A stretch of 64,000 nucleotides of DNA from Fibrobacteria bacterium (lineage in GTDB: Bacteria; Fibrobacterota; Fibrobacteria; UBA11236), in the NCBI GenBank assembly GCA_025360005.1, contig JANYDA010000048.1, forward strand, positions 78,048 through 142,047, written 5' to 3'. The notes beneath the pieces are model-generated. The model did no database searches, was not told where the DNA came from, and saw only the letters and a list, made by a program, of their open reading frames with translations. Below are positions 41,292 to 51,182 of this stretch, piece by piece. Both the position numbers and the translations under genes were made by a program. Position 1 is the stretch's first letter, and every line of letters begins with the position of its first letter.

Positions 41292-41984
41292 TTAAGCGCG
41301 CTCCTTCAATTCCCTGTACTTCACCCGGCTCACCGGAACCAGGCGGCCTTTGCCCAGCTCCATGGCATATTTGCCCGCGCCCTGCAACACTATCCCCTTC
41401 ATGGCCCGCATGTCCACGATGTAGGACTTGTGGATGCGCTCGAAGTGCGGGGGCAAAAGCTCCCCCAGCGTTTCCAGGGTCTTGCCGTGCAATTCCATGC
41501 GCCCGTCCTCAAGGTGGATTTCCACGTAGTCCCCCGCGCCCTGCAGGTACAGCACCTTGTCCACGGGCAGCAGTTCCACCTTCCCGTGCTTGCGCACGGA
41601 AAGGTATTTGGCCGGCGGCCGGCCTTGCGATTTGGTGCCGACGCGCGCCAACGCCTTCTCCAGCCGTTCCAGGTCGAAGGGCTTGGGCACGAAATCCAGC
41701 ACGCCGTATTGGAAGGCATCCACGGCCCTATCCGCGTTGGCGGAAACCACAATGGTCTGGAAGGATCCTGCGGCGGCCAGCCTTAGGAGATCGTATCCGT
41801 CCTCGCCGTGGAGGTTGAGATCCAAGAGCAGCAGGTCGATGGGTTTTTCAAAAAGGTATTCTTCCGCGTCCGCGAGCGATTCCTTGACGGCGATCGAGAC
41901 CGCTTTTTCGCCCAGGATTTCCCCGACCATGCGCTCCAGGCGCCGGGCCGCCACGCTTTCGTCTTCCGCGATGAGGATGCGCAT
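41292..41984 (-). CDS. LytTR-family response regulator
   Basis: Receiver (LLLLD, PKP) plus LytTR domain (YLQGAGDYVEIH, FERIHKSYIV). Confidence 0.93.
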   Translation of the reverse strand: MRILIAEDESVAARRLERMVGEILGEKAVSIAVKESLADAEEYLFEKPIDLLLLDLNLHGEDGYDLLRLAAAGSFQTIVVSANADRAVDAFQYGVLDFVPKPFDLERLEKALARVGTKSQGRPPAKYLSVRKHGKVELLPVDKVLYLQGAGDYVEIHLEDGRMELHGKTLETLGELLPPHFERIHKSYIVDMRAMKGIVLQGAGKYAMELGKGRLVPVSRVKYRELKERA

Positions 41985-42005
41985 GTTACCCCCGTCCCTT
42001 CGGTT

Positions 42006-43850
42006 TCAATTTTTCACATCCACGATCACCTGCCAGCCGCCCGCCACGGCCCCGGAATTCAGGCTCCAGCGCCCGGGAAAGGCTTCCTCCAGCCGAGAGC
42101 GCACGTAGCGCAGCCCGGTTCCTTCGCCTTGCTTGGCCGGTTTTTCCTTGGGGGCGCCGTCGTTGAAAAGCGAGAAGCGGATGCCGCCGGGGATGTCCTC
42201 GCGCTTGAGCAGGAAAACGCCTTCGGTCTTGCCCACGTAGCCGTGCGTCAGGCCGTTCTCGACCAAGGTGTGCAGCACCAGCGGCGGGATCGGCTCTTCG
42301 CCGCGGATCCCCTGGGCCTCCATCCGATAGCTCTTGTCCTGGCGCAGTCCCATCAGCTGCAGATGGGTGCGGCACAGCCGGATTTCCTCGTCCATGGGAA
42401 TGGTCTGTTCCGCCGAAACCTTGAGGAGGATTTCCAGCTCTTCCGCCAGGGCGTTCACCAGACGCACGGCCGTCTTGGGTTCCTCTTCCAGCCAGGCGAT
42501 GATCGAGTTCAGGGAATTGAGCAGGAAGTGGGGTTGGATATTCTTCTTCAGGAGTTCGATCTCCAGACGCGCGGATCGGATTTCGGTCTCGCCGTGGATC
42601 CGCAACCGTTCCGACATCTGCAGGGACTGGGCGCGCGCCAGGAAGATGATATGGGCGGCCACGCCGGCGGCCCAAGCCCAATTGCTGTGGAACACGAAGG
42701 TGATGAAGACGCCCATCAATAGGCACAGGATCCCCCGCAACGCGGGGCGGCTGCCGGTTTGCTTGCGCCAAACCGCCCATGCGATGACCCAGATGGAAAT
42801 GCCGATGGAGACATAGGTGAAAAACTGGTTCGCCGTCTGCACGACGTTTATGCGGTGGAAGGGCAGCCATCCGGTGAATACCAGTGTCATGGGCAAAGCG
42901 AAGAAGACTCCTGCGATGAGCTGGGCCTTGCCCACCCATCGGTATGGGAATGTCTCGGCGAAGATGAAGAAATCCGGGATCATGCTTACCATGAAATACC
43001 AGGCTACCCCCAGCGCCACCCGGCAGGCCATTTGCGTCCCTTCCGGCAGGGTCACCACCGCGCCCAGGTACTGCAGGATGATAAAAGCGGCGCAGGCGAA
43101 AACGAATATGGAGAAATAAAAACTGCCGCGGCCATAGCCGGAGGCGCGATAGTTGAGAAAGCGGTGCAAGGCGCCGAAGACGAAGATGCCGGCCAGGAAA
43201 AACATCACCAAGGCCTCGCGCATGTACCCGAGTTCCAAATCCGCCAGGTCCGCCACCGCTATCAAAGCCGGGACGGGAAAGACGATGCCGTGGTGGGCGG
43301 TCCTGCGGACCGCAAGACTGTGGCGTCCGGGAACGGTAAGGTAGGGCGGTATTTCCAAAAAGGCGCCTGTTCCCAGCCGTTCCTCGGCCAGGGTCGCTCC
43401 CAGCTTTCCGCTGCGGCCGATCAGCACGCCGTCCCAATAGAATTCCTGAGGGGTGGCGGGCATATGGCTGATGGCCAGGGTCTTTGCCGGCCCCGGGTTT
43501 TCCGGAAGCGTGAACGATTTGCGGAACCAGGCGTACTCATGGCGGGAAACGAGTTCGCGGCGACTGGCTTGCAGGAGGTCGGCGGAATCCCAATGGGTAT
43601 CCACGTATGCGGGCTGGGACCATTGCGCGGAGTCGCCGGAATGGTATTTCCAGAGGCCCATTAGCGGCATGGGCCTTTCCCAAGCTTCCACGGGCGGCCG
43701 CATATCGGCCTCCGCGGCCGGCACGCCCGCCAAGACAATCAGCCACCCCGCCATGAGGAAAACCGGGCGTCCCGCCGCGAATGGGGCGGCGGATGGATGG
43801 CGGGAACCGGATCCGGTTGCAAGGTCATTTGGGGGCGTCCTGGCGGCCAT
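42006..43850 (-). CDS. LytS-type membrane histidine kinase with sugar-binding-like periplasmic domain
   Basis: WKYHSGD...W motif, multiple TM helices, NIQPHFLLNSL, ENGLTHG, NDG, GTGL. Confidence 0.88.
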   Translation of the reverse strand: MAARTPPNDLATGSGSRHPSAAPFAAGRPVFLMAGWLIVLAGVPAAEADMRPPVEAWERPMPLMGLWKYHSGDSAQWSQPAYVDTHWDSADLLQASRRELVSRHEYAWFRKSFTLPENPGPAKTLAISHMPATPQEFYWDGVLIGRSGKLGATLAEERLGTGAFLEIPPYLTVPGRHSLAVRRTAHHGIVFPVPALIAVADLADLELGYMREALVMFFLAGIFVFGALHRFLNYRASGYGRGSFYFSIFVFACAAFIILQYLGAVVTLPEGTQMACRVALGVAWYFMVSMIPDFFIFAETFPYRWVGKAQLIAGVFFALPMTLVFTGWLPFHRINVVQTANQFFTYVSIGISIWVIAWAVWRKQTGSRPALRGILCLLMGVFITFVFHSNWAWAAGVAAHIIFLARAQSLQMSERLRIHGETEIRSARLEIELLKKNIQPHFLLNSLNSIIAWLEEEPKTAVRLVNALAEELEILLKVSAEQTIPMDEEIRLCRTHLQLMGLRQDKSYRMEAQGIRGEEPIPPLVLHTLVENGLTHGYVGKTEGVFLLKREDIPGGIRFSLFNDGAPKEKPAKQGEGTGLRYVRSRLEEAFPGRWSLNSGAVAGGWQVIVDVKN

Positions 43851-44036
43851 ATTGTTGCAATATAGTAGCGGGGCGCGTCGGTATGCCGCAAATTGTCGCC
43901 CAAGTGCATTTCCACGGGGCGAACGGAAGCGGGGGTGGGGACGGCCCGGCTGAATGCCGGTAGGGAGGCCCCGAAAAAAAACCTGGGGTAACCTCATTGC
44001 TACCCACTAAGAAGGAGTACGGGGTTTCCTTCCCGA

Positions 44037-45857
44037 TCAATATGGAAAGAGTTTATACAACCCGGTTCCATGGGCGCCGGAAACGGTGATCAGCAACAGC
44101 CCCCGCTCCTTGGGAAGCAGATCCCGTAAGGCATAGGTTTTCGGCCCGTGACCTTCGACGCGGCGGAGTTCCCGGCCATGCACGTCCCGGATCACCAGGG
44201 TATAGGCGGCCTCGGAGACTTCCAGGCGGTTGCCCGTAAGCTTGGAGAAAGTATGCTCCGGGGACGAGGCTCCGGCAAGGGAAACCGTGGGGCTGCAATT
44301 TCCCGTGTACTCGATGCGGCCGATGCCGGTGCCATCCAACGATGTTCCCCGGTCTCCGTAGTTGGCGACGTACAGTCCCCCGTCCGGACCCTGCACAAAA
44401 TCGAGCGGAAAGCTGAGCCATCCCTTGCCCGTGAATAGGGCCAGGGAATCCAAGACCTGGGTGCCCGCATCGTTAAGCTTGAAGACCCGGATCCCTTTGC
44501 TGTTCCCCTGTACGTAATCGGTTGTGAACCAGGCATTTTGGAAATGGGGCGGAAGCTTGTATGCCGCGCCTCCGGCAACGTATTGGTAGATTGGGCCGCC
44601 GATGCCGCCCGCGCCATTGTAGTGGGATGTGTTCAAATCATGCAGATAGGTGTGCAAGGCTGCGGTCACGGGAGGCAGTTGCTTGGGTCCGCCGTTCCAT
44701 TTGGAATTGTTCACCGGCGCCAGCGGATCCTCCGTGTCTGATCCATGGGCCGTCTTCCAGACATTGTTTCCGTTCTGACCGAATCCGGTATTCGACCAAA
44801 GCGGGAACAAGGCATGGCCGGTCCCGCCTCCCGTGAAATACGGATAACCCGCAAAGCCGGGATGGGTGAAGAGATAATGGGTTTCCGTATAGCCCGCGGT
44901 GGTATTGACGTTGAACATGCCAACCGATGCCCACCTTTTGGTGGGATGGACGGAAAGAGAGTAGGGGTTGCGCATGCCCTTCACATAAACCTCCGCTTTC
45001 ACTTTGGAAGTGTCGCGGTACTGGGCGGCAAGGTCCGGCTTGGAGGCCTGGAACTGATCGGCCCAGTAAGCGCCGTAGTTTCCGTCCGGAATCGAATAAC
45101 CCCGGGCGGAATTGTCGGGATGGATGCGCAATACGCTCCCGCGCAAATCGGCGGTGTTGGACGAGGTGTTTTCCGAACTCATGGTCTGGTCGGTTTCACT
45201 GTAGGAGTTGACGTAGTCGGGCGCGTTCTTGCCGATGTTGATCCACAGATCGCCGTAGCTGTCGAACGCCATCCCCGATCCCGTGTGGTTCTTGCCCGCC
45301 ACCGCCGCGATGGTTATGAGCCGCTTTTCCGTATCGGTGAAAGCGCCCTTGAACTGGGTATGGGCGTCATTCAAGGTGACGCGGGAGAGGTGGAATTCAT
45401 AGGGGCCGCTCGCGGAATAATAAACGAAGATTTGATGGTTTTTATGGAAGTCCGGATCCAGGGCCAGGCTGGTGAACCCCATGTCGTTGGTAGTGACCGA
45501 AGGCAAGGTCCCCACGGTGATGTTGGTGTTGCTGGCCGTATTGTACTTCCGGAGCTTTCCGTTCCGCTGGACGATGTAGATATCGACGCTCTTGTCGGAG
45601 AGCGTATCGATGGCGATTTTCAAAGGTTCGCTCAGCGTTTGGTCTACCAGCTTGGGGCTTTTCGCGTTGGTGGGCGCGACCAATTGCGTGTATTTGAAAT
45701 CCGCTTCCGTTACGTCCGCGCAGCCCGCATAGGGAAACGGACTTTGGGCCACGGCGGCGCTCATGAACATCGCCACCGCCAAACACGGAATCCATGCCGG
45801 CTCCAAGCCGGATTCTCCGCGTCCAAGACGGGAGGAGCCCTTTTCGTCAAGTTTCAT
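44037..45857 (-). CDS. Secreted PQQ-dependent glucose/sorbosone dehydrogenase-like protein with T9SS-like tail
   Basis: LALDPDF, HTGSGMAFD, DLRGSVLRI, GMRNPY; C-terminal RDVHGR...GLY. Confidence 0.8.
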   Translation of the reverse strand: MKLDEKGSSRLGRGESGLEPAWIPCLAVAMFMSAAVAQSPFPYAGCADVTEADFKYTQLVAPTNAKSPKLVDQTLSEPLKIAIDTLSDKSVDIYIVQRNGKLRKYNTASNTNITVGTLPSVTTNDMGFTSLALDPDFHKNHQIFVYYSASGPYEFHLSRVTLNDAHTQFKGAFTDTEKRLITIAAVAGKNHTGSGMAFDSYGDLWINIGKNAPDYVNSYSETDQTMSSENTSSNTADLRGSVLRIHPDNSARGYSIPDGNYGAYWADQFQASKPDLAAQYRDTSKVKAEVYVKGMRNPYSLSVHPTKRWASVGMFNVNTTAGYTETHYLFTHPGFAGYPYFTGGGTGHALFPLWSNTGFGQNGNNVWKTAHGSDTEDPLAPVNNSKWNGGPKQLPPVTAALHTYLHDLNTSHYNGAGGIGGPIYQYVAGGAAYKLPPHFQNAWFTTDYVQGNSKGIRVFKLNDAGTQVLDSLALFTGKGWLSFPLDFVQGPDGGLYVANYGDRGTSLDGTGIGRIEYTGNCSPTVSLAGASSPEHTFSKLTGNRLEVSEAAYTLVIRDVHGRELRRVEGHGPKTYALRDLLPKERGLLLITVSGAHGTGLYKLFPY

Positions 45858-46335
45858 ATGGCCGTCCGTTTTCAATGGGAATAAATTTCTCAACAGCGCC
45901 TGCGCAAAAATAGACCTATTCCCCACGATTGCCGCCCAATACAGGGCCCTTCATGTCCACTTCCCTGTTTCCCGGTGGTTTCGTGTTTCCGCCCCTAGCC
46001 AGGGGGAGCGGAATTATCGTGCCCTGCCAATTAAAGTACCGTGGAAGGCTTCGACATTGCCCTAAATCGCATTTTCCGGGTTTTTCTTACGCCAACCAAA
46101 CGAAATGTCGGAAGGGTAGGGCTATCGAGTTCGCAAATGAGAAATACCGGAGCGGTTCCGGGCCCTCTGTGGGCCTCATGTAACTCACAAGTTACGGGAC
46201 ATTCATGCTCCATCCCCTGATCACGGTTTGGCCGGTTTCCGCATGGTGGGTTCGTAGCATAGAACGGCATGATGGGCGCGTACTTCGCGTCCTTAAAGGA
46301 CGGACATCAGACGGGTGTTAGGGGGCTGCAAGGAG

Positions 46336-46412
<77 letters not shown>

Positions 46413-46550
46413 CTGAAAAACCGTCCGGCTGTTACGCTGCCGGCCCCGGCAGCACTACCTGGGGAAAGCGGAAATCTACAACTTAGGGAACCAGCCTGCA
46501 ACCCGGCTTGGGCGCCGAATGGAGGCGATGACGGTGAGGCGCATTTCCGC

Positions 46551-47087
46551 TCAGTCATGCCACCAGTTGTTGTCCGGCCCCGAGTTCTTGGGAGTGGTTT
46601 CCACCGTATGCTTATGCTCCCCAACGGCGTTTCCCTCGGTGACTTGTTCGCGCGGCCGAGCGGGGACGTCCGCGGGTTTTTCCTGGTACCACCAGCTGTA
46701 TTCCCTTTCCTTTTCGCGCGCGGGCTTGGCCTTGTCCTGGAACCACCAATTGCCTTGCTTGGATTTCCCGTCGGCGCGGGAGTTTTCCCCGCCAACGGGG
46801 GATTCGTCTCCGGATCGGGGCCCATCCTCTGAGTTAACGGACAAGTTACCTCGGCCCTCGTTTCCGCCCTTATCCGATCCCCCAACCGGTGAAAAGTTTT
46901 TTCCGGCCGATTGCGCGTGGTGGGAGGCGGTTTCCCCGTGGTGGGAAGAGGGCCAGAACGCCACCAGAAAAAGGGAGAGGCCCGCCACCGCGAGGGCGAT
47001 CGGCAACAAGAGGCGGAGCTTGACCCGGTCCAGGCCTGGAGAGGGCGATCCCGGGGATTGTATTGATTGGGGGTCTCGGCCCGACAT
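46551..47087 (-). CDS. Membrane-anchored disordered protein with three Trp-Trp motifs
   Basis: AAGGAG RBS, one TM helix, G/S/E/K-rich tail with NWWFQDK, SWWYQEK and NWWHD. Confidence 0.65.
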   Translation of the reverse strand: MSGRDPQSIQSPGSPSPGLDRVKLRLLLPIALAVAGLSLFLVAFWPSSHHGETASHHAQSAGKNFSPVGGSDKGGNEGRGNLSVNSEDGPRSGDESPVGGENSRADGKSKQGNWWFQDKAKPAREKEREYSWWYQEKPADVPARPREQVTEGNAVGEHKHTVETTPKNSGPDNNWWHD

Positions 47088-47197
47088 AGTACTCCTTAGG
47101 GAGAATGGGCCGGCACCCCGTTCCCTTTCTCGTTATGCTGTCAATCTAACCCGGAAAATGCGGGGTGTGCAACAAAGTGGGCCGCAAATCCGGGAAT

Positions 47198-47217
47198 TGG
47201 GTAAGCGTGGGTAAGCG
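47198..47217. repeat. Perfect tandem 10-mer in a divergent promoter region
   Basis: TGGGTAAGCG repeated twice. Confidence 0.6.
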
Positions 47218-47336
47218 GGAACCCTGCTGCCGGCTCAATTGCCAAAAAAATAAGGGCAATAACCTCAAATCGTGAATGATGGTAGCTTATTGCTCACATT
47301 GGGAATATCTTCCCGATAGACTTCTCCGAGGTACAG

Positions 47337-47735
47337 ATGGTTTCCGCTGAAATGAAAACGATCCTATTGGTTGACGATGAGGATTCCATCCGGAACCTGG
47401 CATCCATTGTCCTGGAAGCCCAAGGCTACCGGGTCCTCAAGGCGCAGCACAGCGATGAGGCATTGCTCCTGCTCGATGCCTGTAAGGATCAGGTGCATTT
47501 GCTGTTGACCGATGTGAAAATGGATCCTTTCCTGAGCGGTTGCGAATTGGCCAAATGCATCCGGCTCATGCGCCCGGACATCGGTGTGCTGTACATATCC
47601 GGATTTACCAACAACCCCATGGTGATGCAGGAAGTGGAAGAGACCCGCGCGGCGTTCCTGGCGAAGCCCTTTTCTCCCGCGGAACTTTTGGAAAAAGTCA
47701 GGGCGCTCCTGGTGGACTCGCGCCTCCCCGCCTGA
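47337..47735 (+). CDS. Single-domain response regulator
   Basis: LLVDDE, LLLTD, YISG, LAKPF. Confidence 0.92.
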   Translation: MVSAEMKTILLVDDEDSIRNLASIVLEAQGYRVLKAQHSDEALLLLDACKDQVHLLLTDVKMDPFLSGCELAKCIRLMRPDIGVLYISGFTNNPMVMQEVEETRAAFLAKPFSPAELLEKVRALLVDSRLPA

Positions 47736-47862
47736 TTTTCCGTTACGGCGGAGGTTACAGCCGAATGAAACTGCATTAAAACGATACGAATATCACGAAA
47801 GCGGGCAACAGCCGGATTTAATTCTGTGATCCCCGCTGCGAATAAATTATATAGTACCCGCT

Positions 47863-49971
47863 ATGGGGGGTGGAAAAGAAAAGGGTCGCGGCTGGCAGGG
47901 GGCAGGGAGAGATCTCCTAGCCGCTTTAGCCAAAACATTAGGCAGGGGCGCGCCGGTTGAACCAGGCTCCAAGTTCCCTCTACCGCCCCATCCCGGATCT
48001 TTCCGGCTGCTTTTCGCCAAGGCTCCGGAAGCCATGGCGCTCCTCAACGGAAACATGCTCCTGGAAACCAATCCCGCCTGGGATGAGCTTTTCCATTATC
48101 CCGGGACGCATTCCGCCGGCGCTGCCTTGGGGCGTTTCATCCCTGATGCATTCATCCTCCATGCGGGGACATTGCCGCTAACCGGATCGGAAGGGGTCAA
48201 AGGGGACGGCACGCGTTTTCCCCTGAAGGTTTACGCTTATCCCTTCCCCTGGCAGGGCCGGGATTTGCGCGTGGTCACCGCCTATGCGGTCCAGGAAGGG
48301 CCCGCCGCAACCGGAGGCTCGGCGGCAGGGCAAGACTGTTCCGAGGACGGTTCGGACGCGGGAATCGATCGGTTGCGCCGGGTGTTGGCCAATGCGCCCA
48401 TCGTCCTGTTCGCCTTGGACGGTAAAGGGAGGGTCACTTTCTGCGAGGGACGGGGACTGGAGCCTTTGGGCATCAACTCACGCCAGGCAGTGGGCAAATC
48501 CGCATTTGAATTGTGCCGGCATACGCCGCAAGACAGCCTGAATCTGCGCCGCGCGCTTTCCGGCGAAGAGTTCACCGCCACCGCCGGGTTTGAAGGCATG
48601 TGGTTCGAGATCCATTTCAGCCCCTTGTTCAAGGGCTACGACGATGTGGCTGGAGTGGTGGGGGTGGGACTCAACATCACCGATCGCCACAAGGCCGCCG
48701 AAGCCTTGCGCCGCAGCGACGGAAAGCTGCGCCATGCTCGCAAGATGGACGCCATCGGCCGGGTGGCGGCCGGGGTCACCCGTGATTTCATCGACCTGCT
48801 GGCTCTGTTGAATGCCAGCGGCGAATCCCCGCTCCCGGAAATCGGCGGGGTGGAATCGCAAACCTGGAACCTGGCGGAATTCCGCAAGCTGGCGGAACGG
48901 GCTTCCCAACTCAAGGGGCGCCTGTCGGCCATCGGACGCAACCAGGCGCTTTCGCTGGGGCCTGTCAAGCTCAACCGCTTGACGGATGCGATTGATAAAG
49001 AACTGCGCCGCAGGCTTCCGGCGGAGATTGAGTTGGTGACGGCGCTGGAACCGGAACTGGGCGAGGTATGGGCCGACGCCGGGAAGTTGGAACAGGTGAT
49101 ATTTGATCTGATCGAGAATGCCCGCGATGCCATACCCGATGGCGGACAGATCACGCTGGAAACCGGGAACGTGGAATTGGACGGGAGCTATGCCCGCGGC
49201 GAACTCTTCGTGGTCCCGGGCCCTTATGTCATGTTATCCATAAGCGATACCGGTATCGGCATGGACGAAGAGGTCAAGTCGCATTTGTTTGAACCGTATT
49301 TTTCCACCAAGGCGGAAGGCAAGGGCCTGGGCTTGCCGGCAGTGTATGGGACCGTGAAGCAGAACGGCGGGACCCTTTCCGTGGAAAGCGAGATAGGCAA
49401 AGGGACCAGGGTCAGGATATACCTTCCCCGCCTGGACGGGAGCCGGGCGCCCGCGCGCTATGCGCCGCCGGCGCAGGTTTCCAAGTCCGCCCGATCCGGT
49501 TTTTCCCCGCATGGCCTGGAAACCATCCTGCTGGTGGAGGATGAAGAAGCGGTCCGGACTTTGATCCGGGAAATCCTGTGCATGCACGGCTACGAAGTGT
49601 TGGAAGCGCGCCAGGGCGGCGAAGCCATCCTCATCAGCCAGAGCCACAAAGGGTCCATCCAGCTTTTATTGACGGACATGGTGATGGCCAACATGAGCGG
49701 CCGGGAACTGGCCGGGCACTTGATGCCTTTGCGGCCGGAGATGCGTGTCCTGTTCATTTCCGGATACAACCCGCAGGCCGTATTCAGCGAGACGTGGGGA
49801 ATGGGAGGATCCTTGCTCGGGGATTCCCCGGGGCGCGACGGCGCAGGCCCGAATACGGTCGCCTTTCTGGCCAAGCCCTTCACCCCCAAGACTTTGGCCG
49901 CCAGGGTCCGCGATTTGCTGGACGGGAAACCCTCCGGGCGCGGCGCCTTGATCGGGCATTTGCAGGAATAG
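47863..49971 (+). CDS. PAS-containing hybrid (CckA-like) kinase lacking the phospho-acceptor His
   Basis: H-box reads GVTRDFIDLL instead of GVAHDFNNLL; HATPase (NARDA, DTGIG, GKGLGL) and receiver (LLLTD, AKPF) intact. Confidence 0.85.
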   Translation: MGGGKEKGRGWQGAGRDLLAALAKTLGRGAPVEPGSKFPLPPHPGSFRLLFAKAPEAMALLNGNMLLETNPAWDELFHYPGTHSAGAALGRFIPDAFILHAGTLPLTGSEGVKGDGTRFPLKVYAYPFPWQGRDLRVVTAYAVQEGPAATGGSAAGQDCSEDGSDAGIDRLRRVLANAPIVLFALDGKGRVTFCEGRGLEPLGINSRQAVGKSAFELCRHTPQDSLNLRRALSGEEFTATAGFEGMWFEIHFSPLFKGYDDVAGVVGVGLNITDRHKAAEALRRSDGKLRHARKMDAIGRVAAGVTRDFIDLLALLNASGESPLPEIGGVESQTWNLAEFRKLAERASQLKGRLSAIGRNQALSLGPVKLNRLTDAIDKELRRRLPAEIELVTALEPELGEVWADAGKLEQVIFDLIENARDAIPDGGQITLETGNVELDGSYARGELFVVPGPYVMLSISDTGIGMDEEVKSHLFEPYFSTKAEGKGLGLPAVYGTVKQNGGTLSVESEIGKGTRVRIYLPRLDGSRAPARYAPPAQVSKSARSGFSPHGLETILLVEDEEAVRTLIREILCMHGYEVLEARQGGEAILISQSHKGSIQLLLTDMVMANMSGRELAGHLMPLRPEMRVLFISGYNPQAVFSETWGMGGSLLGDSPGRDGAGPNTVAFLAKPFTPKTLAARVRDLLDGKPSGRGALIGHLQE

Positions 49972-49997
49972 CCCTGGCCTTGGCGGGCACCGGATCC

Positions 49998-51182
49998 TCA
50001 ACGTAGGCGCGCTTCTCCCAGCCATTTGCCTACCGCGTTGCGGACCGGGCCTTCGCCGAAGCCGGCCGGGGAGAATCCCAGGCCCCCATGCGCGAAATCC
50101 AGGGTAACATTCCCGTTACGCAGGGAGCCGCTGCGGGCCGGCGCCCGGATGCCCACGAATGTCGTCAGGGATTGCTTGAGGCCGTCATACGCGGGCTTGG
50201 GTTTGTAGTTCTCGTCGAACGGCAGGGCCGCGCCGTATCCGCCGTAGAAACCCGGGACCCAGGAATGGGCGTCCGTGAAGCCCCAGGTGAGGAAGGCTTT
50301 GCAATTGTCGTTGGCGAGGCAGACGGCCAATAGCCTGGAATAGTTGTCCTTTTGCGTTGCCAAGCCCGCGGAATCGGCCGGCAGGGGAAGGCGGAAATCA
50401 ACCTCGGTGAAGGAGACGCGCAGCCCCAGGGCTCCCAGCCGTTTGAGGTTGCGATCGATGTCCGCGGTGGAGAATAACGCTTGGGCGGCGAAATGGGATT
50501 GCAGGCCCACACCGTGGATGGGCACGCCCCTGTCCTTCATGCCTTTCACCAGATCGTAGATCTTGTCCGACTTGCCGCCCATGCCTTCGCCGGAATAATC
50601 GTTGTAGAAAAGCAAGGCCTTGGGATCCGCGCGGTGGGCCCAAGTGAAGGCGGAATCCAGGTAATCGCTCCCGATGCGTTGCTTCCAAAAGGATTCCCGC
50701 AACGCGCCCGCGCCGTCGTCGATGGCCTCGTTCACCACGTCCCACTCCAGGATTTTGCCCTGGAAATGTCCCACCACGGAATCGATATGGTTCTTAAGGA
50801 CGGCCTGCATCTCGATGCGGCTGAGGCCGGCGGCCGCATTGGCGATCCAGCCGCTTTGCTGGTGCCATACCAGATTGTGCCCGCGCAAGGAGATGCCGTT
50901 CTGGGCGGCGAAGGCCGCCAGATCATCCCCCTGCTTCCAGGTGAAACGGTTTTTGCTGGGCTCCAATTGATCGAACTTCATGGCGTTCTCCGCCACGATG
51001 AGATTGAATTCCTTTTTAAGGGTGTCCTTGTAACGGGCGTCCCCGCCCCAGAACGCATCGCCCACCGCGGCCCCTACGAATACGCCGCGTTTCTTGGCCA
51101 GGCTGCCTAAGGTTTCCTGAGCTGGGACGGCCATGGCCGTTACCGATAAAAACAGCGCTAGGGCCGCAGTATTAATCCTCAT
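49998..51182 (-). CDS. GH10 endo-1,4-beta-xylanase, secreted
   Basis: VAENAMK, RGHNLVWHQQ, WDVVNEA (acid/base), GVGLQSH, FTEVD (nucleophile). Confidence 0.94.
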   Translation of the reverse strand: MRINTAALALFLSVTAMAVPAQETLGSLAKKRGVFVGAAVGDAFWGGDARYKDTLKKEFNLIVAENAMKFDQLEPSKNRFTWKQGDDLAAFAAQNGISLRGHNLVWHQQSGWIANAAAGLSRIEMQAVLKNHIDSVVGHFQGKILEWDVVNEAIDDGAGALRESFWKQRIGSDYLDSAFTWAHRADPKALLFYNDYSGEGMGGKSDKIYDLVKGMKDRGVPIHGVGLQSHFAAQALFSTADIDRNLKRLGALGLRVSFTEVDFRLPLPADSAGLATQKDNYSRLLAVCLANDNCKAFLTWGFTDAHSWVPGFYGGYGAALPFDENYKPKPAYDGLKQSLTTFVGIRAPARSGSLRNGNVTLDFAHGGLGFSPAGFGEGPVRNAVGKWLGEARLR

